From: Eubacteriales bacterium OttesenSCG-928-K08 | Lineage (GTDB): Bacteria; Bacillota; Clostridia; Christensenellales; CAG-138 | Direction of reading: 5' to 3' | Length of the DNA: 64,000 nt | Assembly (NCBI GenBank): GCA_030266105.1 | Contig: JAJDHH010000005.1 | Location: 961 to 64,960 of the forward strand | Shown: in pieces, positions 16,608-24,799 of the stretch | How the letters are laid out: each line of letters begins with the position of its first letter | Position numbering within the stretch: position 1 is the stretch's first letter | The notes under the pieces: model-generated | Databases searched by the model: none | Told to the model about the DNA's origin: nothing | What the model saw: only the letters and a program-made list of their open reading frames with translations | Program-made: the position numbers and the translations under genes

Positions 16608-17207
16608 TTAACCTCCCGCCTCGCCGCTCTCAAACGAACTAAGCCATGTCTTCGCTGCAGTATCGTATGCGGCTACATCTTGCGCTTCATAACGCATCCC
16701 ATTTTTATTTTCTCCAAACTTGAAGTCGACATTATATGCGGACACCTTAACGGATCCGTCCGCTGTAGTAAGTTGCGTAGGCACTACAGCCTGCACCTCA
16801 CTTTTATAATGCTTGTGCAAACGATACCCGCCGGCGTTGCCTAGTTTAGTGACGTATGTTGCCGCAAAAGGCGGAACCGCCTCCGCGCTCACTGCACTAC
16901 CCTCGGAGTATATCCCCGTGTCTACGTCGTATTTTGCATTGTTTTTCAGGGTAGCAAGCGACGTCAAAGCCAGCTCCGCAATCGTCAAGCGCCGTGTTTC
17001 ATCGGTATCGCCCCCTGAGCTGGACAGATATTCCTCGTCGTCCGCGTACACAGGTGTACCTGTGCTGCCAGCCGTGTCGGGCGGGTCGAGAGACTGCACA
17101 TACGGCAATGAAATTGCCGTACTGACTTCGAAGCCGCCTGGCTCGTCGCTGGTAATGGGATAAACGGTAAAATCCTTAAACCCCACCAATCCTTTATCTT
17201 TACCCAT
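16608..17207 (-). CDS. major tail protein
   Basis: 199 aa, sitting between the tail-completion genes and the chaperone. N-terminus MGKDKGLVGFKDFTVYPITSD resembles phi13/TP901-type major tail proteins. Confidence 0.7.
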   Translation of the reverse strand: MGKDKGLVGFKDFTVYPITSDEPGGFEVSTAISLPYVQSLDPPDTAGSTGTPVYADDEEYLSSSGGDTDETRRLTIAELALTSLATLKNNAKYDVDTGIYSEGSAVSAEAVPPFAATYVTKLGNAGGYRLHKHYKSEVQAVVPTQLTTADGSVKVSAYNVDFKFGENKNGMRYEAQDVAAYDTAAKTWLSSFESGEAGG

Positions 17208-17210
17208 AAA

Positions 17211-17603
17211 TCATTCCTCCTCGCTGAATGTTTGTACTCTATAGTTGCATGAAAAAACGACGGCCTTTCCGTCGTCGTCCAATTTGTATGGTGTGCCGCG
17301 CGGCCTACAGATGGCAGAGTTGCCGCCAAAGTCGAAAAGAGTTTCGTCGCCGCCGCTATCTAGCAGTTTGAACAGGCTAACAGCAACGCCCCGTGCTTCC
17401 GCGAGCGTCTTCCTTCGCACGCGCACCTGCATCAATTGTGTTGTACTGCCATAGTTGATACCTGTCGCGCCAAAAGGATTACCGCTCTCATATTCAAATA
17501 CCGCGATACAATCGAGCGGCTGTACAGGCATTCCGTCCATAAATATGCTGGTATAACCTGCATTTTCAAGATACGCTTTACACCCTTCAGGTAAATTAAT
17601 CAC
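17211..17603 (-). CDS. tail completion / tail terminator-like protein
   Basis: Position only (between the gp10-like and major tail genes). ATGA overlap with the upstream gene. Confidence 0.45.
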   Translation of the reverse strand: MINLPEGCKAYLENAGYTSIFMDGMPVQPLDCIAVFEYESGNPFGATGINYGSTTQLMQVRVRRKTLAEARGVAVSLFKLLDSGGDETLFDFGGNSAICRPRGTPYKLDDDGKAVVFSCNYRVQTFSEEE

Positions 17604-18094
17604 AGAATTGCCTCCCTCTTAGCTTGTTGCATGGCATCACGTATGGCTGTAACCAGTTCGGGCGTATTTTCATCCAGACTAGCCTCAAGAAATTTTGCTT
17701 GCCCTCCCATAGGATGTTTGAATTCAATATGCTCATGCTGATAAAGCGCATAATCATAACCGTCCTCGCTAAATGCCCTGAATCCAATTCGGATATTAAT
17801 TCTGTCGTTTAGGGGAATGTCCTCGCTGCTTAACACCTCAATGCTGCCGTCCGCATTCCCCGTGGCTAATAGCATTCCATTAACAAGCAGATAGCCTCCC
17901 GCCCTCAAAATACCATCGTGAACGGGTGCGCGAAGCACGCTTGCAGACAGAATATTCATCGCAATCTTTACAACCGCCCTTGCTGGCAGTGTCTGCAGAT
18001 TTTGGGAAAGTTTATTAGCCTTCGCTTGCATCTGACGGATAGCCGCTTCATATTCCTCCGAGGTCTTTACAACCATACCTGATACATTAGGCAT
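17600..18094 (-). CDS. HK97 gp10-family head-tail joining protein
   Basis: Carries ..VLRAPVHDGILRAGGY...GYDYALYQHEHIEFKHPMGGQAKFLEASL, a pattern typical of the HK97 gp10 family. Confidence 0.65.
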   Translation of the reverse strand: MPNVSGMVVKTSEEYEAAIRQMQAKANKLSQNLQTLPARAVVKIAMNILSASVLRAPVHDGILRAGGYLLVNGMLLATGNADGSIEVLSSEDIPLNDRINIRIGFRAFSEDGYDYALYQHEHIEFKHPMGGQAKFLEASLDENTPELVTAIRDAMQQAKREAIL

Positions 18095-18106
18095 TAGTTA
18101 TTCCTC

Positions 18107-18787
18107 CTAGAAAAATATTTTGTTCTTTGCTGCTTCATTTTTGATCTGTACAGCTAGCAGAGTATTCCGCGCTTTCATTGCTTCTTCATACCGCTGCTTA
18201 TAATCCGCTTCGGTGCCCGCAGGTGGCGCCCCGCCCCCCGGATTTTGCACCTGCGTTGTGTTGGGCTGTTGGCCCTTAAAATGTGGGTACTTTTCGAGAA
18301 CTGCCTTAATGGCAGCAGCCCTGTCATCCTTGTAGTTTTGTTGTTGTTTAGCAAGCAGGATTACGTCCGGCGCAAACTCTGGGGCAACGCCAACTCTAGA
18401 CGCTTCAATCTGGGCCTTTAATTCATCGATTTCCGCATCCTTTGCGGGCACCCTGCCTGCTGCCTCTTGAGCAAGCTGCAATTCAGTCTTCTGGCCGTCT
18501 TGCCATTGCTTGAACGCAGTTATTTGCGTCTTAAAACCCTGCTCCTTATCTGGCTCAAATCCCGCATCCTTCATGACCTTCGCCATGCCCTTTGAGTACT
18601 GGGAGGAGCTCATCGCGAGGAATTCCGCCTCGGTGTACGTCTTGTCCTGTGGCACCGCAGGGGTCTCTGTAGGCTGTGCCGGTTGCCCAGCGGGTGATGT
18701 TTGCTGTTGTTTAGGCACAGCGGCCTCATCCCCGTTCGCGGCTGGGGTAGCCTCTGCAAACAGTTGCAGATTCATCTTCTTCGGCAT
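18107..18787 (-). CDS. capsid scaffolding protein
   Basis: N-terminus is MPKKMNLQLFAEA. The body is acidic, helical and Q/A/E-rich. Position is after the MuF module. Confidence 0.7.
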   Translation of the reverse strand: MPKKMNLQLFAEATPAANGDEAAVPKQQQTSPAGQPAQPTETPAVPQDKTYTEAEFLAMSSSQYSKGMAKVMKDAGFEPDKEQGFKTQITAFKQWQDGQKTELQLAQEAAGRVPAKDAEIDELKAQIEASRVGVAPEFAPDVILLAKQQQNYKDDRAAAIKAVLEKYPHFKGQQPNTTQVQNPGGGAPPAGTEADYKQRYEEAMKARNTLLAVQIKNEAAKNKIFF

Positions 18788-18865
18788 GTTGTCCTCCTGT
18801 TTAAGGTCTAGGTGACCATGGTATCCCGTTCACCTTAAGAATGCCCGCCAACGGGTAGGCGAGCA

Positions 18866-18892
18866 TAAAAAAAACCACCCGAAGGTGGTTTG
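18866..18892 (-). terminator. intrinsic terminator after the DUF4926-like gene
   Basis: Minus strand reads accacc-ttcg-ggtggt followed by TTTTTTTT. Confidence 0.6.
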
Positions 18893-18909
18893 TTACCGAT
18901 ATTGTGTAA

Positions 18910-19101
18910 TTATTGCGCCAGCTCGTTTTCGCAGTATACCTTCGCCAACGCCTCCATATTTGTGTGCCCCTTATCATCTATAAATTCAACCGTGTAAATA
19001 CCGTCGCTAAGCACATCAACGATAGTGCCCGTGTCCTTTACGAATACGCCCACATCAGGATCGTCGGCCTTAAGATGCACAACGTCAAGCAACTTAAGCA
19101 T
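18910..19101 (-). CDS. DUF4926-like small protein (putative immunity/antitoxin partner)
   Basis: MLKLLDVVHLKADDPDVGVFVKDTGTIVDVLSDGIYTVEFIDDKGHT fits the DUF4926 pattern as I recall it. The start codon abuts the MuF stop (TAAATG). Confidence 0.6.
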   Translation of the reverse strand: MLKLLDVVHLKADDPDVGVFVKDTGTIVDVLSDGIYTVEFIDDKGHTNMEALAKVYCENELAQ

Positions 19102-20538
19102 TTAACTGCCGCCTTTCTTCGGAAATGTCGCCGTTATAAAACGGGGAACACCACTTCCCTCATCAATCTGCCACACAGTTAACATTTCGAGCATCCTTCC
19201 CTTTTCGCCCGACATGATTATTGGGACAGTGAATTTAGTTGCACTAATTGTAACATTATCCTTGTTGTATGTAAACGATTTAGCCTCATTCACAGGGCTT
19301 TTTTGCACTTCCCAATACAACTTATCAGAAAATACATTCCAACTGACTTCAGCATAGCCCAATACCGAACGAATAACATGCGCCTTGTGTTTTCCTGCGG
19401 GATGCTCAGAGCTAAGCAAGTAACCACGCAACTTTTCTTCTGTCGTCACCGCAAGCAATGCATTTGGCAAAACGCCATCTTTCATGCCCCGCACATATAG
19501 ATTATATTTTTTGTTCATCAGAGCCCAGGTATCGCTCCCTGATGCCTTCATACGTCTAAATGCCGCAAATGACCTAGGCGCGCTACCCCCAAGCACCTGT
19601 CTCCATCGCACATACTGCTTACGATCTGAGTTCATCTGCGCTTTTTTCTGCTGATCCGCTCTATAAGCCTTAATCTCATCAACACTTCGCGTATCAGTGC
19701 CTGTTGGCTTGTCGGCGTCCGCCAAAGCCCTTGCCCGTTCTTCCTTGGGTAACATTGACCAATTTATTGACACGCTAATGTGCCTACAATTCGGATGAAC
19801 ATTATCGAACTCCGGCCAAAGTCGATATGCCGCACTGATATGAGGCAGCCGGCTTCGCTCATCCTCTCGCGTAAAATCCATCGTACGGTAGTAGCGATCT
19901 TGAAGTGGAGCGCACACGGCGCATGTGGGGTAATGTTTAGACATACGTACAACGCCCTCGCCCCACTCGCTGAGGGACACGCCTATCGCGGCCATATTGG
20001 CCGCCTGGTTAACCGCCGTGCGCACTGCCATCGCCGCATATGTGTCATAGGGCACAACGCGACCGTCGCGATACGTAATGCCGCCCAGCGCGTTTCCCTC
20101 TCCGCGAAGCGATTCGGTAAGCCGTTCTACCGCCTGCTGTGGAGATAATCCATCATGCAGCCATCCCCGTATCACACCTTCGTACCGTACCTCACGAGTA
20201 GCCTCACGAACACGCACCATCGCATCACGCACATACTCTTCGCTTGCGTTTGCCGCATTGAATGCTAAATACTCGAGCTGGTCATCTAACTGTAACATAC
20301 CAATAAGCTCATCTACATTATCGCTTTGATCTTTCAGAGCATCAATGTATCCTTCTTGCACAGCCAATGGCATAAAACTCCGGATTGCTTTAGCAAACCT
20401 AGCAAGCAACATCTCAATTTCTTTGGCCGCTGCATGAAGACGTTGCAGCGCGGACCCAGTACGCTTTTTAACAAGGGCGTCCTGTATAGTTTCACGCGCC
20501 TCTTTAGCGGCCTTCTCTAATTCTTTACGGTAGTTCAC
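19102..20538 (-). CDS. MuF / SPP1 gp7-type head morphogenesis protein with C-terminal DUF6883-like extension
   Basis: The MuF core has ..YPTCAVCAPLQDRYY..HPNCRH... The C-terminal ~110 aa read EEKLRGYLLSSEHPAGKHKAHVIRSVLGY...MLTVWQIDEGSGVPRFITATFP. GTG start overlaps the portal stop (GTGA). Confidence 0.75.
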   Translation of the reverse strand: MNYRKELEKAAKEARETIQDALVKKRTGSALQRLHAAAKEIEMLLARFAKAIRSFMPLAVQEGYIDALKDQSDNVDELIGMLQLDDQLEYLAFNAANASEEYVRDAMVRVREATREVRYEGVIRGWLHDGLSPQQAVERLTESLRGEGNALGGITYRDGRVVPYDTYAAMAVRTAVNQAANMAAIGVSLSEWGEGVVRMSKHYPTCAVCAPLQDRYYRTMDFTREDERSRLPHISAAYRLWPEFDNVHPNCRHISVSINWSMLPKEERARALADADKPTGTDTRSVDEIKAYRADQQKKAQMNSDRKQYVRWRQVLGGSAPRSFAAFRRMKASGSDTWALMNKKYNLYVRGMKDGVLPNALLAVTTEEKLRGYLLSSEHPAGKHKAHVIRSVLGYAEVSWNVFSDKLYWEVQKSPVNEAKSFTYNKDNVTISATKFTVPIIMSGEKGRMLEMLTVWQIDEGSGVPRFITATFPKKGGS

Positions 20539-21974
20539 TCATCATCACCGCTCCCACCGAACGAGGTATTCATTTCATCAAGCGCAGTAACCTCAAAAGC
20601 TTCAGCATTTTCATCCCCGATGCGGTTAATTTCCTTCTGTGCCTCGCTTTCTGTTTTGCCGTCAACCTCCATGATAGCTGTCTGAATACTCATAGTTTGT
20701 TTGGCACCCGTACGCAGGCTTACGATCTGCGCCGTCTCCATTGGATCATCAGGCAGGCCATCAAACCACTTGATTGATATATCTGCGGAATGAATTCCAT
20801 CTAGCCGCGCGGCCGTTTGGATTACCTGCTTTAGTACAGGGTCGAACGTCATACGAACGCGAGCAATTTTTGCAAGAGCGGTAGATAACAGCGTACGCAA
20901 AGCTGTGCCTGTTGGCATCTGACCCATTTTTTCAGCAACATCGGAAATTAGCGCGCCCATCTCTGAAATTGTGCGTAGTTGTCCCAAAAGCTTCTCGATT
21001 TGCTCAAATGCCGCCGACATTTGAGCATCCCAAACAATATATCCAACATTGCCGCTTTCGTCCTCTCCTAGTCCGCGATTGATAAAGAAATTACCGGTGC
21101 GAATTTCAAATTCGCCCGTACCCATACCATTCTCCCCGCGCCTCTCCTCGAGCGCACTAGCGGGGCCTTGCATACTGGGCTGCGCATGTTTATCTAAAAC
21201 TTTTGATATCTGGGCAAAGCGCACCTCGATCTCTTGTATTAGGCTGTTGATATTGTGATAGTCATCAATGCCATGCACGCGGTCAGAGGTAACAATGTTT
21301 GATACTTGCCAAAAGTCAATTCCATCGACTCCTGTACTAACCACCTCGGGTGTAGCTAGCCGATCACCAATCACCCCGGACACTTTTCCCTCTAGTCGAT
21401 GGCGACGTCGCTCATTTTGCCCGGGAGAATGTATTTCAATGAGCAGCTCGCGCTCTGTGGGTTTCTCTGAATTCGGCGCAACAACTGCAGCGATCACCTC
21501 ATGTAACCTGTGCTTGATATTTAGCGGATCCACTACAGGATACCAACAATCTGTGCGCCCAACATAAGCTACCGCTCCTCCTTGAGGACGTGACACGCCA
21601 AGCGTGCCATCCCCATATCTGGATACGTCCAATGCCGCTTGATAGCACTGTGAAAGCAGTTGTGATCTCTGAGTAAAACCGTCAATAAAGACTTGCATTT
21701 TCTTATCTTTGCTGGTGATTGTAGGCCATTCAGAAAAAAGCAGATCGGCAGTTTTCTTGCTAACTAGCTGTTGATAGTTGAGTAAAATTTCATAACTTAC
21801 AACATCATCAAACGCGCCAACTACCTGTTGTACGCGCCGAAAAGCATCACTCTGCCCGCCATAGTGCTCGCCTTCAAAAAGTTTCCGGTTGATGTCATAA
21901 AGCTGAATGCGCTCAACCTCCGACTTAGGGGGCCAAGGCTGACCAGGCTCAAGAAATATTAAGTCATACAACAT
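20535..21974 (-). CDS. phage portal protein
   Basis: 479 aa, directly upstream of MuF. N-terminus MLYDLIFLEPGQPWPPKSEVERIQLYDINRKLFEGEH is portal-like. Confidence 0.8.
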   Translation of the reverse strand: MLYDLIFLEPGQPWPPKSEVERIQLYDINRKLFEGEHYGGQSDAFRRVQQVVGAFDDVVSYEILLNYQQLVSKKTADLLFSEWPTITSKDKKMQVFIDGFTQRSQLLSQCYQAALDVSRYGDGTLGVSRPQGGAVAYVGRTDCWYPVVDPLNIKHRLHEVIAAVVAPNSEKPTERELLIEIHSPGQNERRRHRLEGKVSGVIGDRLATPEVVSTGVDGIDFWQVSNIVTSDRVHGIDDYHNINSLIQEIEVRFAQISKVLDKHAQPSMQGPASALEERRGENGMGTGEFEIRTGNFFINRGLGEDESGNVGYIVWDAQMSAAFEQIEKLLGQLRTISEMGALISDVAEKMGQMPTGTALRTLLSTALAKIARVRMTFDPVLKQVIQTAARLDGIHSADISIKWFDGLPDDPMETAQIVSLRTGAKQTMSIQTAIMEVDGKTESEAQKEINRIGDENAEAFEVTALDEMNTSFGGSGDDE

Positions 21975-22930
21975 TTGTTAGCCGTGTCGGTATCTGCGTC
22001 CAGTTTCGCAACAGCCTCGCTATGCCGCGCCTTGATTACGGCAAGCTTGTCATTTAGCCGATCATCCAGGCCGGCAAGCTTATCCTCCGCCGCAACGATC
22101 TCCGCCTTGAGTCGTTCAATCGTTCGGCTCAAACCATCCCGCTCATTTGCGATGGCCTTTTCTTCTGCTGCAATCGCCATATCCCGATCGGCATCCAGCC
22201 CGCGCATTTTGTTATCGTATGATGCGCGAAACGCCTTAGCGCGCTCGATCCGGTTATTAGTCTCTCTCGCCTGTTCGAGCCGCCTTATTGCCTCGGACAG
22301 ATCAAAATTCTCCCACTTTTCCGCTTGGTATCCTTGCGGTATATCCCGTGCGATCTCGGCCACAAGCGATTGATTGTTTTTGATATCGCGGTTAATATTC
22401 TGGCGGCTCTGGTAATACACGCCTTTTTCGGATTGGATATCTGCCAGAACCTCAAGGATGTGCTTCGAGTAGTCTACTCCCTGCGGAATTTCCCCAAATT
22501 GAGCGCGTATCCAGTTCGTATCCCAATCAAATTCGATCAGGTTCAGGATGACGCGATTTTTCTCCTGCCGCGACATCTGCGTAAATTCCACCGGATTCAG
22601 TTGTAACGGAGTAAATATCTGGTTCAAAAACTCGGCCGGGCGCGTTTGCGTTAGCGAGCCGTCGCGCACCTTAACCGCATCCGCTTTGTTCAAGCGTGTT
22701 TTGCGATTGATATGCAGGCCCGTATCGGTTTCAATTAGGATTTCCCCCTCTTCCGCGCCCTGCCGGATGATAAAATCCCGGTCGCTCCGATTGGTAAGGG
22801 CATACCGTATCGCATCCAGCACTGATGTTTTACCGGCCCCCTTAGGCCCAGTAAGCTCAACCGATCTCCCGGTGAGATCACATTCTGATATGCCAAACAA
22901 GTTGCGTATTTTTATTTGAGTTGTACGCAT
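21959..22930 (-). CDS. SMC/SbcC/RecF-type ATPase, N-terminal half only (Walker A plus coiled coil)
   Basis: ATG at 22930 follows GAAAGGAAAAG. Reads IRNLFGISECDLTGRSVELTGPKGAGKTSVLDAIRYAL and then a long coiled coil. There is no signature or Walker B half. The 3' end overlaps the portal start by 16 nt. Confidence 0.65.
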   Translation of the reverse strand: MRTTQIKIRNLFGISECDLTGRSVELTGPKGAGKTSVLDAIRYALTNRSDRDFIIRQGAEEGEILIETDTGLHINRKTRLNKADAVKVRDGSLTQTRPAEFLNQIFTPLQLNPVEFTQMSRQEKNRVILNLIEFDWDTNWIRAQFGEIPQGVDYSKHILEVLADIQSEKGVYYQSRQNINRDIKNNQSLVAEIARDIPQGYQAEKWENFDLSEAIRRLEQARETNNRIERAKAFRASYDNKMRGLDADRDMAIAAEEKAIANERDGLSRTIERLKAEIVAAEDKLAGLDDRLNDKLAVIKARHSEAVAKLDADTDTANKCCMT

Positions 22931-23031
22931 ATGCTTTTCCTTTCTGATCACTTGCGCTTTTTCAAGCAATGTGATATACTATTTGTGTATTTTTATGACG
23001 AACGCCTTACTGGTTGCTTCCGGTGGGCGTT

Positions 23032-23154
23032 CTATTTTTTAACCCACCTCAACCAACGCGCCACCAACTGTGATAGCGCCGGGATGCGTGTGCAAGCCAG
23101 ATCGATTGCCAGCAGCACGGAGATGATGCACAGCGCGTAGAATAGGGCGATCAT
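23032..23154 (-). CDS. possible 40-aa hydrophobic peptide
   Basis: MIALFYALCIISVLLAIDLACTRIPALSQLVARWLRWVKK. The ATG abuts the stop of the upstream HTH gene. Below the ORF-track length cut-off. Confidence 0.25.
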   Translation of the reverse strand: MIALFYALCIISVLLAIDLACTRIPALSQLVARWLRWVKK

Positions 23155-23394
23155 TTACTCCACCTCCCAGCAGGTCGACCGCGTGTGTCCATATTTCATA
23201 AACGACACAAAACCTGCCCGGGGTATGATCACCCTGGATAAAAGCACAATGACCGGAAAGCCAAGCTTAAGAGGCTCACGTTGCGCTTGCTGACGAATAT
23301 TTTGGGCGTTAACGCCAATAACTTCGGCTACTTCCTCAACCGATAACGTTGCGGCTGTCATATCCTCAATATCTGCTAATGTGAGCTTTGGCAT
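23155..23394 (-). CDS. small HTH DNA-binding protein (excisionase/HTH_17-like)
   Basis: Reads ..LSVEEVAEVIGVNAQNIRQQAQREPLKLGFPVIVLLSRVIIPRAGFVSFM. Confidence 0.6.
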   Translation of the reverse strand: MPKLTLADIEDMTAATLSVEEVAEVIGVNAQNIRQQAQREPLKLGFPVIVLLSRVIIPRAGFVSFMKYGHTRSTCWEVE

Positions 23395-23486
23395 AGTTTG
23401 GTCTCCTTTCTGCCCAACATGACGGGCTAATATTTGCTTCCATATATTCTTACGTGATACAATTTCCCTAGAAGGGAGGTGTAGTT

Positions 23487-23651
23487 ATGCAACACAAATT
23501 TGACCCTGAATTTGCCATCGAAACTGCTGTGAGGCTTGCGGAGAAAAACATTAAATCTACCGATAGTTGGGTTTCCGCCGAAGATGTAACAGAGTTTATA
23601 GATGGCGTCTATTCGTTTCTTGTTAACGGTGGCGATTCGTCCGATGAGTAA
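23487..23651 (+). CDS. 54-aa acidic hypothetical protein, counter-oriented to the phage genes
   Basis: ATG follows GGGAGGTG. Upstream is TTGCTT-N18-TACAAT with TG. Peptide is MQHKFDPEFAIETAVRLAEKNIKSTDSWVSAEDVTEFIDGVYSFLVNGGDSSDE. Confidence 0.4.
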   Translation: MQHKFDPEFAIETAVRLAEKNIKSTDSWVSAEDVTEFIDGVYSFLVNGGDSSDE

Positions 23652-23845
23652 ACCATGAGAATAGTTGCAGCTGCCGGCAGAACTGCAATTTCTGCCGGGG
23701 TTGCCCCTTCCATTTTTCCCTTGGCTGCGCGCAATACAAAATCCTGTGGCGCTTTTTTGATTTCGTCCATGTGCCAATTTTCTACTTTCTTGAGAGGGAT
23801 ATATTGGTGTGGTATAATTTCCCCATAAAGGGGAGGGGTAGTTTG

Positions 23846-24241
23846 ATGGATAGTAATGGCATGATCTCGGTAAATGCATTTCGCATATTGGGCGAATTTG
23901 GGAAAGTTAAAAAATTTACCACCGATGAACGCAACTCCTTATTTGCATCGGACGAGGACAAGGAGGCAATAACATATTTGGAGAACGCAAAGCTTATTGA
24001 GGGAACAGATTTCGCGTCTTATTCCGGCGTGGGTGTTGTAGGAAGATATGCAACAGCCTACAAGATAACCGAAAAGGGAAGGGCGGTTTTAGACGATCAC
24101 ATAGATCAAAAACACGCATCCCGAAAGGCAGACAAGCGCTGGCGCATAACTACGACAATTGCCGTTGTAGCCCTTATCGTTGCGATCTTAGCGCTCATTC
24201 CGCAGATACTTCCTTTGCTTAATAGCGCATGGATAGAATGA
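23846..24241 (+). CDS. membrane-tethered winged-helix-like protein (131 aa)
   Basis: ATG follows GGGGAGGGG. Upstream is TTGAGA-N17-TATAAT with TG. The motif ..YLENAKLIEG...YKITEKGRAVL.. looks winged-helix-like. C-terminal TM is ITTTIAVVALIVAILALIPQILPLL. Confidence 0.55.
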   Translation: MDSNGMISVNAFRILGEFGKVKKFTTDERNSLFASDEDKEAITYLENAKLIEGTDFASYSGVGVVGRYATAYKITEKGRAVLDDHIDQKHASRKADKRWRITTTIAVVALIVAILALIPQILPLLNSAWIE

Positions 24242-24341
24242 GTGCGAGAATCTGAAGAGCAAGGGCAACGACTAGAATGTATAGTGGTGCATTTGGCCAC
24301 CTTCTCGGGGCCTCTTCCCATAGTTTTTTGATCTTCCCCAT
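24219..24341 (-). CDS. possible 40-aa membrane peptide convergent with 23846-24241
   Basis: MGKIKKLWEEAPRRWPNAPLYILVVALALQILALILSMRY after GAAGGGAG. Overlaps the 3' end of the plus-strand gene by 23 nt. Confidence 0.2.
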   Translation of the reverse strand: MGKIKKLWEEAPRRWPNAPLYILVVALALQILALILSMRY

Positions 24342-24450
24342 CTACCAATCTACTCCCTTCTAGCTGACTTTGTTGTCTAGCTCAAAAAGATGCATAATAT
24401 CGACCCCAAGCAGTTCGGCTGTTTTGCGCATTTCACACTTATCTTTCACA

Positions 24451-24478
24451 TTGCTTTACCCACATGTACTTGTTACAA
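24451..24478 (+). promoter_or_regulatory. sigma-70-type promoter TTGCTT-N17-TACAAT
   Basis: Reads cacaTTGCTTtacccacatgtacttgtTACAATattt. It has the same hexamers as the promoter upstream of 23487. Confidence 0.5.
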
Positions 24479-24588
24479 TATTTGTACGCCTGATTAAGGG
24501 CAGGAACAGGAGGTGGTCTTATTGACCAAACTTTTGTTGATGCCCAGTCCTGATGAATGCTGATGCGTGTTGGGCATCAAGCGGAACC

Positions 24589-24610
24589 TGAACCGCTAAA
24601 GTGAAGCGCC
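24589..24610. repeat. left arm of perfect 22-bp inverted repeat
   Basis: tgaaccgctaaagtgaagcgcc is the exact reverse complement of 24843-24864. Confidence 0.95.
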
Positions 24611-24799
24611 TTGCCATAGAAGCAACCTGTGGTTGGGGAAGCGTTTGTACGCAAAAGGCAGCATCCGCGAGTATAGCCTGACCTCACTAAAAAGGTAAGA
24701 TGCTGATTGTCGACGTCTTACTGGTTGAAAATCCAGACCAAAATATTTGGACGAGACGACAACTGCAAACTGCAACAAGGTTCAGGAAAACAAATAGGG

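Noticed and set aside
23427-23879. 150-aa minus-strand ORF
   Set aside because: It spans two plus-strand genes that have strong RBS and promoter signals, plus the spacer between them. Its composition is odd (Cys/Gly/Asn/Ser/Arg-rich) and it has no RBS. Judged a shadow ORF.
24596-24778. 60-aa minus-strand ORF inside the inverted-repeat-bracketed segment
   Set aside because: No RBS, and its start and end are defined by the hairpin-rich non-coding sequence. The peptide has no features. Treated as chance.
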